From a virus: DNA of 64,000 bases. The stretch's first letter is position 1. Every line of letters begins with the position of its first letter. Below, in pieces: positions 56,084 through 64,000 of the stretch. The position numbers and the translations under genes are program-made. The notes beneath the pieces are model-generated. The model saw only the letters and a list, made by a program, of their open reading frames with translations. It had not been told where the DNA came from and made no database searches. The stretch spans positions 1 to 64,000 of IMG/VR virus record IMGVR_UViG_3300036770_005214; one strand, given 5' to 3'.

Positions 56084-58809
56084 CGGACCCGGACGAAATC
56101 CAGACCTCCAAGTCCTTTATTCCCTTCGATGATGGCGCGGGCTTCCCGCATCGTCCGGGCAGCATCGGGCTGGATGGGCTCGGGCATCGGGCGGGTGCTC
56201 GCGAGCATGACCTCGATAGCCACCTGGGGGTTGGTGCGGAGCATCTGCACCATCTGGCCCCAGCCTGTCTCGGTGACGCCCGCGGGCCAGTTTGCCGGGC
56301 CCAGCTTGGCGAGCCAATCCGCGAACCGCTGTGCGGCCTCGTGCTGGTCAAGGCGTTGCAGGAGGGTGTGAATGGCCCCCTCGTCCCGCTTGAACCAGTC
56401 GCGGTAGTGGAGCACATCGCGATTCAGCTTCTCGACCTTCGCCCGGTACTCCTCAAGCTCCTTCCGGGTCTGGGCCAACTCCGCCGCCGTCTTGGTGTCG
56501 ACGGTCGACTTCGGCGCCTTCAGCTTGTAGACCTTGCTCACCATCTTGATGATCAGGGGCAGGGCCGGCGCCGCGTTGAAGCCCAGGTCCTCGCGGGCGC
56601 GGGAGAAGTCGTCGTTATGGCCCCTGCCGAGTCGAGGGACGTGTGCGATCTCGTGGGCGGCGATGTTGAACAGGTACGACGCCCAGAGGTCCGGCCGGTT
56701 CGGGTAGAGCTTCTGGTAGTCGTCGAACATGAGGGGGTTCACGCAGACATACGTCCGCATCCCCTTGTCCGTCTTGACCGCGAGCGCCATCCCCCGCGTT
56801 CCATCCTCCAGCACGAACCCGGGCTGGAAGTTCTGTGGCATACGAGCGCCATGGGTCAGCAGGCGCAGCGTCGAGTCCCAGCACGCGAGCAGCGGGACGT
56901 ACCGCTTGATGTTCTTCTTGAACGCCTTGACCTTCTCGGGAGCCATCTTCCGGGAGATTCGGATGAACGCTCGATTGCCGAACGGGTTGATCTTGTCGCG
57001 GGCCTTCTTGACCTCGGCCTGCCCGGCGGGCTCGGTGACGCGAACCACCGCATCGGCGAGCGCGCTCACCGCGGCGGCCTGGGTCATCCCCGTGGGTCCG
57101 CCCCCCAAGCCCCCTTGCACGAGAGCGGTGTCAATGTCTTTGATGAGGCCCAGGATGACCTTCGTATCGCCGGCGGTCGGCGTGTCCCCGTGCGAGAGGT
57201 TGCTCAGGATGGTCTGCACCTCGGTCGGGGGCGCGGCGGTCCCGGTGGCGTCGAGCAACGCGTTCAACACCCGTGCAATATCGGCGGGGTCCGTGGTGGT
57301 GCTGGCGATCTCCGTCGCCTTGTCAAACACCGTCTCGGGCTTCGGAGGCGGCTCCGCGCCCTCCTCTTCGGGTGCATACTGCGCCGGGTCGTTGGTGTAG
57401 CGGGCCATATCGGCCATCACCTCGCGCATATCCGGGGAGAGGCCGCTCACCGCCTCTTGGATCGCATCGTCCACGGCCGCCGCGCCCTTGCGCTCGGACT
57501 CGTCTGCGGCGTCGGGCAGAATGTCCTCCCACTCCGCCTTCTCTTTCTTCTCCTTGGCGAGCGCCTGCTTCTGCCCCTCTTCGCTGGCGAGGGTCGAGCG
57601 GACGGTGCTGTAGCTCTCCATCGCGTTCGGATCGACGAACGAGTCTCGCGAGACGCGAAGGGGGTAGCCGGGGCTGTCGGGAGCCACGCCACGGGCCAGC
57701 GCAATATCGAAGAAGATGTCGCGATTGAGGGTGTTGTAGTCCTTGTCCGCGTGCTGGACGAGGTAGCAGGTTCCCCAAGGGGTCGTCTTGCGAAGGCGCA
57801 AGATCATGCGGTTGAAGTTGCTGGCGTACCCTTCCCGCTTGGCATCGAACATGCGAATGTCGACCGTCGCCGAAGGCGGGTCCGTCGCCGACCAGGACAG
57901 CGACTCCCACTCCGAGGTCGACGACGAACGCTGGCCTTCGTACAGAAACTCGACGGGGGCGCCGTTCAACGTGATGCTGACCCCCGGGATCTTGTTCAAC
58001 GCAAGCATCCCCCGGATGCGCTCATCGACCCAACTGGAAGTAAGGGTGTAGGGGGTCGACAGGTATGTGTTGGGGACGCCGTAAGCCACCACCTCGACGC
58101 CTTGGATGAAGGTGTCCGAGGTGAAGACGTCATACTGCTGCTTCGGGTTGGTGCTCGGGGACCGGATCTCCACATACCCCGTGCGGACACGCCAGCCCTC
58201 TTTGCCCGCGCCAAGGATGACGGCCTTGGCGGCGCCGAAGCCCCCAAACGCATCCCCTTCCTTCTGCGACCCGCCAAGGGTCAGGAACTTGCGGAGGCGC
58301 GGCGTAAGGGGCGCTGCCTTCGAGGGGCGGAAGGAGCGGTCGGCCATGCCGATCCCGTTGTCCGTCATCGTCAGCGTGCCCTTTTCGTAGCTATCGTCCG
58401 GCTCCCACTTGACCGCGAAGCTGGGCGAGAACCCAGACTCGGGCTCTTTCCGATGCCGCTCGGCGAGCCCGTCCAGGCTGTTCTGGAGGGCTTCGCGGAC
58501 CGCGAGCACGGGGAGGTCGCCGCCGGCGTAGAACTTCTCGGTCAGCAGCGCCCACATGCGGGGCGCGTCCACTTCGAGCACGCCGCCGCCCACGGCCTCC
58601 ATGCGGTCGATCGCGGCCATCGCCCCCCGGTGGTGGCTTCCGCACGAGCAGCCGCCCCGAGCGTAGCTGCGAAGCGCCTGCGCGATCGGAGCGTGCATCC
58701 CGAGACGCCCCGCGGCGACGGGCCCATCTCCCACAGACAAGCGGTCCACGGTCCGAGCGGGGAGGGCAAAGTCGAACGTGAACTGACGGGTCGCAGACAT
58801 CGCTTCCAC
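56080..58809 (-). CDS. GHKL (Hsp90/MORC-like) ATPase fused to an HEXXH metallopeptidase-like domain
   Basis: REALQNSLD, DNGIGM and GGSQK...GGFGAAK. C-terminal AAHEIAH...GHNDDF and a coiled coil. Confidence 0.8.
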   Translation of the reverse strand: MEAMSATRQFTFDFALPARTVDRLSVGDGPVAAGRLGMHAPIAQALRSYARGGCSCGSHHRGAMAAIDRMEAVGGGVLEVDAPRMWALLTEKFYAGGDLPVLAVREALQNSLDGLAERHRKEPESGFSPSFAVKWEPDDSYEKGTLTMTDNGIGMADRSFRPSKAAPLTPRLRKFLTLGGSQKEGDAFGGFGAAKAVILGAGKEGWRVRTGYVEIRSPSTNPKQQYDVFTSDTFIQGVEVVAYGVPNTYLSTPYTLTSSWVDERIRGMLALNKIPGVSITLNGAPVEFLYEGQRSSSTSEWESLSWSATDPPSATVDIRMFDAKREGYASNFNRMILRLRKTTPWGTCYLVQHADKDYNTLNRDIFFDIALARGVAPDSPGYPLRVSRDSFVDPNAMESYSTVRSTLASEEGQKQALAKEKKEKAEWEDILPDAADESERKGAAAVDDAIQEAVSGLSPDMREVMADMARYTNDPAQYAPEEEGAEPPPKPETVFDKATEIASTTTDPADIARVLNALLDATGTAAPPTEVQTILSNLSHGDTPTAGDTKVILGLIKDIDTALVQGGLGGGPTGMTQAAAVSALADAVVRVTEPAGQAEVKKARDKINPFGNRAFIRISRKMAPEKVKAFKKNIKRYVPLLACWDSTLRLLTHGARMPQNFQPGFVLEDGTRGMALAVKTDKGMRTYVCVNPLMFDDYQKLYPNRPDLWASYLFNIAAHEIAHVPRLGRGHNDDFSRAREDLGFNAAPALPLIIKMVSKVYKLKAPKSTVDTKTAAELAQTRKELEEYRAKVEKLNRDVLHYRDWFKRDEGAIHTLLQRLDQHEAAQRFADWLAKLGPANWPAGVTETGWGQMVQMLRTNPQVAIEVMLASTRPMPEPIQPDAARTMREARAIIEGNKGLGGLDFVRVR

Positions 58810-58853
58810 CTCGGCACAGGTCTACCCCATGCGACCCTTCCGATCCAGCCTTC

Positions 58854-59300
58854 CTATCGGCGGAGGCGAGGCCGCATCGCGGGGAACACCTTGGGAGGCA
58901 CGATGACCTCGCGCACGCCGAGGCCCGGATCGCGGTGCTGGTCGGTCGTCTCGACGCGGCTACGCCATGCGGAGAGGCGCTGGTCCTCTTCGATGACGCG
59001 CAGCCACGAGTAGTTTCGATTGTCGAGAAGGAGCCCCAGGACCTCCGACTGCTCGGTCTCTGGCACGTCGTAGTACCGGAAGAGGTAGTACAAGGTGTGC
59101 TGGCTCGGCGTGCGGGCGCCGCCCTCGTAGGACTTGATCGTGATGGTGGCGACGCCCATCGCCCGCGCGGCCTTGACCTGCCGGACCCCTTTGCGGGCCC
59201 GCCACTCGCGCAGTAGCTCCGCGAGACGCAGATAGCGCACGTTCTGTTGTTCGATCTCCGCTAACGCTTCCGCGACCACCGGATCGAGCGCCGTCTCCAT
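58854..59300 (-). CDS. XRE-family HTH regulator
   Basis: LREWRARKGVRQVKAARAMGVATITIKSYEGGARTPS. Start reassigned to ATG 59300 with GGAGG RBS. Confidence 0.85.
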   Translation of the reverse strand: METALDPVVAEALAEIEQQNVRYLRLAELLREWRARKGVRQVKAARAMGVATITIKSYEGGARTPSQHTLYYLFRYYDVPETEQSEVLGLLLDNRNYSWLRVIEEDQRLSAWRSRVETTDQHRDPGLGVREVIVPPKVFPAMRPRLRR

Positions 59301-59308
59301 CCTTCCTC

Positions 59309-62300
59309 CTACGCAGGCAACGCTGGCCCAACCTTTTCCTGCACCCACTCGACAGTGGTCCCGAGAGTCGACTCCGAGACGACCGAGAACCAGCCCGAGG
59401 ACGTCAGCGCCGCGAGGTTGAAGCCCGAGTAGACCGTCGTCCGAGAGCCCCCTTCGGTCAGCGCCGAGGCGTGCAGGTAGTCTCCCAACGAGTAGATCTT
59501 CAACTCGCTGCCAAACTTGGTGGTCTTGATGGTCGGAGGCACACCGTAGGGGTGCGCCATATCGAGCGTCAGGTTTCCGGGCGCCCCCTTGAACGTCAGT
59601 GCTTTCCCGAGCCCAGCCCCCCACAAGAGCAGGTCGCGCACGCCGATGCCGGGCGTGTCCAGGAAGTCGAGCACGAGGTCATCGGTCTGCTGTGCCGCGA
59701 AGGCCGTCAGGTCCATCGCCGGGAGCATGGAGAGGCTGTTCGTCCCGGGCGGGATCTCAAGCGTCATCATGGGGTGCAGAACGCCCGCGAAGCCGTCGCC
59801 GGCAGACACGGTGTAGATCTCCAACGCCGAGCCCGTGTCGTAGGTCAGCGTCGACCCTTCGAGCATGTAGTAGGACCGAACCTTCTCGCCGCTCCGGGGC
59901 TCCAGGGACAGCGTGAAGTTGCCGACGTAGGTCCCGCCCGGCGAGATGATGTGCAGGAGGTAGTTGAAGGCCCCCGTAGCGGAGTCTTCGATCCCGCGGC
60001 GCTTGGGTAGCTCCACCCGCACCAGCTTGCGGATGCGGCGAACCCGAGCGACCGGCGTCGGCACTTCCCCGAACGCGATCGGCGTACCGAGGTTGTTCAG
60101 CGGGACGGATTGAGCGGTCAAGATCTCCGCGGCGGTCTCGCCCACCTGCTCCAGGGGCCGATCGAGCATCGGGCGCTCTTCGGGCTGGTCCAGGTTGATG
60201 GCGCTCCCGGGGCGCTCGCGCTGCTCGGGCACCAGCGTCCCGTACACCGAACGGGCGTCGAGAAGGGCCAGCGAGTCGTCGGCGAACAGAGAGCCGTACC
60301 GGACATTGACCTGTTCGCGGGGGATGACCTCGACCGTGTACTCGTTGAAGGGGGCCCGAAGCTCCATGTACCCGTGGAACACCATCTGTGGCGACCGGAC
60401 CAGATAGCCGATCGTGCGGTCCCCGAAGCGGATGCGCAGCGTGTCTCCCGAGACGTCGGGGAACAGGTCGCCGAGACGGCGCCAGCCGAGCCGTTCGGTG
60501 GACAGGTCGTCGGCGATGATGGCGCTGACGAGTTGCCGGTATGCGGGGTGGACCTGGACGCGAAGGGCGACCTCGGGCGCGTTCTGGTTCAGCCACAGGA
60601 TGAAGGTGTCCACCCGATCGGCCATCGGCCGGGGCGCCTCTTCGTGGGGCACCAAGTAGGCCTCGATGGCCTCCTCGGAGGTGGGCCAGGAGGAGACGAT
60701 CAGCCCATCGACTGTGATGGCGTAGCGGCGCCCCTCCTTGAAGATCTCATACCCTGACGGGCCTTCGATGACCTCGATCTCCCGCAGGCGGGCGGCACGC
60801 TGGGCCTCCTCACGCTGCCGCAGTTGGAGGGCGGTGATCTTTCGGATGGCCCGCGTGGCGAGACCCGACGCCCCCTCCTTCCCGCAAACCATATACACGA
60901 CGTTCTCGGCACGGGTCACCGCGACGTAGAAGAGCCGGACCTGTTCCTCACGCTCGGAACGTGTGCTCTTCTTCCGAGGCCACTCGCGGTCCGCGAGCAC
61001 AAACACCGTCGGCCACTCAAGCCCCTTGCTGGAGTGCGCCGTCGTCAGCGACACAGCGTCCTTGGGCTTCTCTTCCTGGCTGTCATCCGGGTTTTTATTC
61101 TTCCCCTCTCGCCCACCCTTGATGTACTCCATGAAGCTCTTGAAGTCTTGGAACTGCTCCGCCAAGTCTTTCATGGTGGTGTAGATCTCGACGGCGGAAG
61201 AGTTGCTGCCTCCGCCTTCCTCGCTCGTCTCCTCTTCCCCTTCCTCTTCCTCCCCATCTCCCATGGGGAGTTCTTCCCACTCCCTTAGGAGATTCATGGC
61301 GATTATCGGTGCGTCCTCCCACTTTGCATCACACAACTCCTCCAACTCGTCCGCTACCGTGAGAAAGTCGTCGAAGGCGGCATCGCGCTTGCTGGTCACG
61401 AGCTTGTGAAGGCCGCCACGCAGCATGGGGACAATACCGGACTCTCCGCCCCTCCACCTGTCGCGAAATACTTTGTTCACGGACCCGCTGGGCAGGTACT
61501 TGAACCGTCCTCCAAAGAACTTGCTCTCGTCGTTCTTGAGGATCCCCATGAGGGCTTCTTTCGCGGCTTCCGGGTCTTCGATGCTCTTCGCTGCGAGGGC
61601 CAGGAGCATGAAGTACCGGGTGGCGGCTTTCCCCTCCAGCACCCCTTGCGTCTCCCGTGCATACATCGCCTTCAGGCCGCGACGGGTCAGCGCCCGCTCC
61701 ACGAGCGCCAACGGTGCGTTGGTTCGGCTCACCACCGCAAAGTCGGTCAAGGGGCGGCCGTTGCGGACCACCTCATCGTAGATCTTCTCTGCGATAAACT
61801 TGGAAATGCCTATATCGGAAGCAGACGGCTTGAACTTGCGCCGGCCCGCAAGGCTTTCCTTCTCCGCTTCCTTCTCCACGCGCTCCAGGGCGGCCTTCTC
61901 CACCTCCTCTCGCTGCGCTTCGCTCAACGGGAGACCCTTCGAGTCGACCATCGTCAGGGTCACTTGCCCCTGGAACTTCTCGCCGAGCGTGCCACCGTAG
62001 CTGACCTCGTTCGGGCCGGTGATGCGCATGGAGACCGCGGGGGTTCCGCTGGCCCACTCATACCGCTCCGTCTTTACCTTGACACCTTCGTCATTGGCGA
62101 CGTAAGTCTCGTAAGTCGCGGTGATATTCCCCGCCTCGACGATCCAGTGCCCGGAGCGGTAGTTAGACGAGATCTCATACTTCTGCGTCTCGGGGCGCTG
62201 GGTGATCAACTCAAACATGCTGGGGTCGGCGCCGCGGAAGCTGTAGACGGCCTGTCGGGAGTCGCCGATCAGCAGGCAAGTCCCCTCGCTCATGCGGGCG

Positions 62301-63463
62301 ACTTCGGCCGCGATATTCACCTGGATCCAGGTGTTGTCCTGGGCCTCATCCACGATGAACAGCTTGGCTTTCTTCGATACCTTCACGTTCCGGTAGTACG
62401 CGATCAGCAGGTCATCGGCGGTAAGGCGATACCGCCGCCTCTTGAGTTCGTTCGATTGCCTCCACAACTGGATGGCAAGCTCCGCGCCACTGGGGGACAC
62501 TCCTGGCTCGGTCAGGCCATCGACCAACTCTTCCCAATACCGCTTGACATCTTGATACCGAGTATAGTCCGGGTCACCTTTACTCGGAGGCTTGGCCTCA
62601 TAGGCCTCCATATAGGCCTTCAACTCCTTGTAGGAGTTGATGTTGCGGCTTTGTAGCTGACCCTGTACGATGGACTCAAACTTCCGAGCGATGGTCTTCG
62701 GGGCGTCCTTGAACGCGTCAAAGACCGTCTTTCCGGTCTGGGAAGTCTCGCGTCCAAATGAATCGGTCGTGGTCACCGTAAACCGGTAGGCGCGCATATC
62801 TGCCTGCCCGTAAACCTCGACATCGCTGAATGGCCTTCCGGGATCAACCTGTCTGTGTTCGGAGCGCGCCGTTACATGCGGGTTCAGCAGGGAGTTTACA
62901 TGCTCACGCACAAGAGCCTTCCCAAACTTGAAATCCCGGGGGGGAAGCACGGACGGAGGTAGGCTCTTGAAGGGCATCGAGTGATAGGTGCCGACCCGCA
63001 TCCCCCAGATGACACCCTTGGGGATGTACTTTGCCAGCTTGCGGGTGAGGTCTGCGGCTGCCTTGCGGGTGAAGGTCGTGAGGACCATCTCGTTCGGGCT
63101 CATGCCGCCCGGCTCTCGCCGAAGAAACCGGTGATAGGCCTTGGCGGCGCCGAGGGTCACGCACCGGGTCTTGCCCGAGCCCGCGCAGGCGGAAGCCCGA
63201 AGGATGCGGTAGCCCTGCGAACCCGACTCCGCGATGGCGTCCACGAGCAGCCGTTGTTGGGGGTCGCAGCTTTCGTAGTCCCGCAGGAAGTTCTCGTAGC
63301 CCTTCGCATTGGTGATGTCCTCAATGCTGGCAAACAGCTTCTCTTTCTCGGCATCACTTGATTCTTTCTCTGCCTCGTAGGCAGCGTCCCGATCTGCCTG
63401 CGAAACGATCGAGGTCACGCCTGGGATCAGCGGAATGTCTCTGGGGTTCGGGCAGAAGCTCAT
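59309..63463 (-). CDS. uvrD: UvrD/Rep/PcrA SF1A helicase with about 500-aa C-terminal extension
   Basis: ACAGSGKT, TFTRKAA, VDEAQD, GDSRQAVYSFRGA, NYRS, TAHSSKGLEW and RLFYVAVTRA. Confidence 0.92.
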   Translation of the reverse strand: MSFCPNPRDIPLIPGVTSIVSQADRDAAYEAEKESSDAEKEKLFASIEDITNAKGYENFLRDYESCDPQQRLLVDAIAESGSQGYRILRASACAGSGKTRCVTLGAAKAYHRFLRREPGGMSPNEMVLTTFTRKAAADLTRKLAKYIPKGVIWGMRVGTYHSMPFKSLPPSVLPPRDFKFGKALVREHVNSLLNPHVTARSEHRQVDPGRPFSDVEVYGQADMRAYRFTVTTTDSFGRETSQTGKTVFDAFKDAPKTIARKFESIVQGQLQSRNINSYKELKAYMEAYEAKPPSKGDPDYTRYQDVKRYWEELVDGLTEPGVSPSGAELAIQLWRQSNELKRRRYRLTADDLLIAYYRNVKVSKKAKLFIVDEAQDNTWIQVNIAAEVARMSEGTCLLIGDSRQAVYSFRGADPSMFELITQRPETQKYEISSNYRSGHWIVEAGNITATYETYVANDEGVKVKTERYEWASGTPAVSMRITGPNEVSYGGTLGEKFQGQVTLTMVDSKGLPLSEAQREEVEKAALERVEKEAEKESLAGRRKFKPSASDIGISKFIAEKIYDEVVRNGRPLTDFAVVSRTNAPLALVERALTRRGLKAMYARETQGVLEGKAATRYFMLLALAAKSIEDPEAAKEALMGILKNDESKFFGGRFKYLPSGSVNKVFRDRWRGGESGIVPMLRGGLHKLVTSKRDAAFDDFLTVADELEELCDAKWEDAPIIAMNLLREWEELPMGDGEEEEGEEETSEEGGGSNSSAVEIYTTMKDLAEQFQDFKSFMEYIKGGREGKNKNPDDSQEEKPKDAVSLTTAHSSKGLEWPTVFVLADREWPRKKSTRSEREEQVRLFYVAVTRAENVVYMVCGKEGASGLATRAIRKITALQLRQREEAQRAARLREIEVIEGPSGYEIFKEGRRYAITVDGLIVSSWPTSEEAIEAYLVPHEEAPRPMADRVDTFILWLNQNAPEVALRVQVHPAYRQLVSAIIADDLSTERLGWRRLGDLFPDVSGDTLRIRFGDRTIGYLVRSPQMVFHGYMELRAPFNEYTVEVIPREQVNVRYGSLFADDSLALLDARSVYGTLVPEQRERPGSAINLDQPEERPMLDRPLEQVGETAAEILTAQSVPLNNLGTPIAFGEVPTPVARVRRIRKLVRVELPKRRGIEDSATGAFNYLLHIISPGGTYVGNFTLSLEPRSGEKVRSYYMLEGSTLTYDTGSALEIYTVSAGDGFAGVLHPMMTLEIPPGTNSLSMLPAMDLTAFAAQQTDDLVLDFLDTPGIGVRDLLLWGAGLGKALTFKGAPGNLTLDMAHPYGVPPTIKTTKFGSELKIYSLGDYLHASALTEGGSRTTVYSGFNLAALTSSGWFSVVSESTLGTTVEWVQEKVGPALPA

Positions 63464-63548
63464 GGTGACCTCGGCAAGTGGATCGGGTGGGAGCAGAAAC
63501 CTACGCCCACCGTGTAGCCCTAAGGGCTCTACTTGGCAACCTAGTAGA

Positions 63549-63851
63549 TCAGCCCTTCAGTTCGCTGCTCGGGCGGAACACAAACTTCTTCTTGGCCTTC
63601 ACGCGGACCGTCTTGCCAAACGCTTTCATGGTCCGAGCCTTGGTCGCCCGCACGCGGAACGTCCCGAAGCCCTTGATGCGCACCGGATGGCCGCCCTTCA
63701 CATGCGCCACGATCTGCTCAAACAGGAAGCCAACGGCATCCTTCGCCGCCGTCTTCGAGCAGCGCATACCCGCACCGGTCATGTGCTCCGCAAGCTCACG
63801 AGCCAGCGTCACCGTCGTCGCACTCTTCGTCTTCGCCTTCGCCTTTGCCAT
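63549..63851 (-). CDS. hup: HU/IHF-family DNA-binding protein
   Basis: SKTAAKDAV...VRIKGFGTF...KAKKKFVFRPSSELK. GGAGG RBS before ATG 63851. Confidence 0.9.
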   Translation of the reverse strand: MAKAKAKTKSATTVTLARELAEHMTGAGMRCSKTAAKDAVGFLFEQIVAHVKGGHPVRIKGFGTFRVRATKARTMKAFGKTVRVKAKKKFVFRPSSELKG

Positions 63852-63908
63852 AGAAACCTCCGCCGAGAGGCTAACATACGCCACCAGCGGAGCAAACACC
63901 GCTGCTTC

Positions 63909-63986
63909 CGCGACGTATACCCCCTTTGGGCATCCCCCGTCCCGGATACACCGCTTCGTATACCACGAAAGGCGGAATACGTCACG
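63909..63986 (-). promoter_or_regulatory. Multibranch RNA structure upstream of the HU gene
   Basis: 10-bp closing stem (63909-18 with 63977-86) enclosing two to three hairpins. Confidence 0.45.
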
Positions 63987-64000
63987 GCATGGTCCGCGAA

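Noticed and set aside
56029-59013. 994-aa plus-strand ORF
   Set aside because: Antisense shadow of the GHKL ATPase gene.

Overview
The window looks like part of a very GC-rich (about 70%, judged by eye) bacteriophage or phage-like genome. The host is unknown; Myxococcota is plausible but unproven. No capsid, terminase, integrase, tRNA, rRNA or CRISPR array is visible. Layout: (1) 1-1.1 kb: two divergent protein phosphatases, a PP2C cut by the window edge and missed by the ORF track, and a dual-specificity HCX5R phosphatase. (2) 1.1-12.6 kb, minus strand: paralogous Gly/Thr/Ala-rich virion fibre or decoration proteins, four sharing an N-terminal MALRSP...WG...GDTA anchor. (3) 12.6-19.5 kb and 25-27 kb, minus strand: small early/accessory genes built from repeated promoter-hairpin, tetraloop and RBS cassettes. 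These include DenV, DUF2958 and an Sm-like protein followed by four coupled micro-ORFs, three of them Ser-X repeats. (4) 19.6-20.2 kb: an approximately 590-nt promoter-driven region with nested long-range pairing and A/C-rich repeat loops, a candidate new large ncRNA, followed by an AT-rich putative origin. (5) 20.6-56 kb, mostly plus strand: replication and recombination genes (DUF3987 ATPase, SF2 and Dda-like helicases, Dam, Cas4-like nuclease, RavA/ViaA, AAA_24, SSB-like, UDG-PolA fusion, GP88-like, Rad50-like). (6) 56-64 kb, minus strand: GHKL ATPase-metallopeptidase fusion, XRE regulator, extended UvrD and HU. A directional promoter family (TTGnnn-17-TAC/TAT with GCCC-N3-GGGC in the spacer) recurs at about a dozen sites. 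All family assignments come from motif recognition by eye; no database searches were run.
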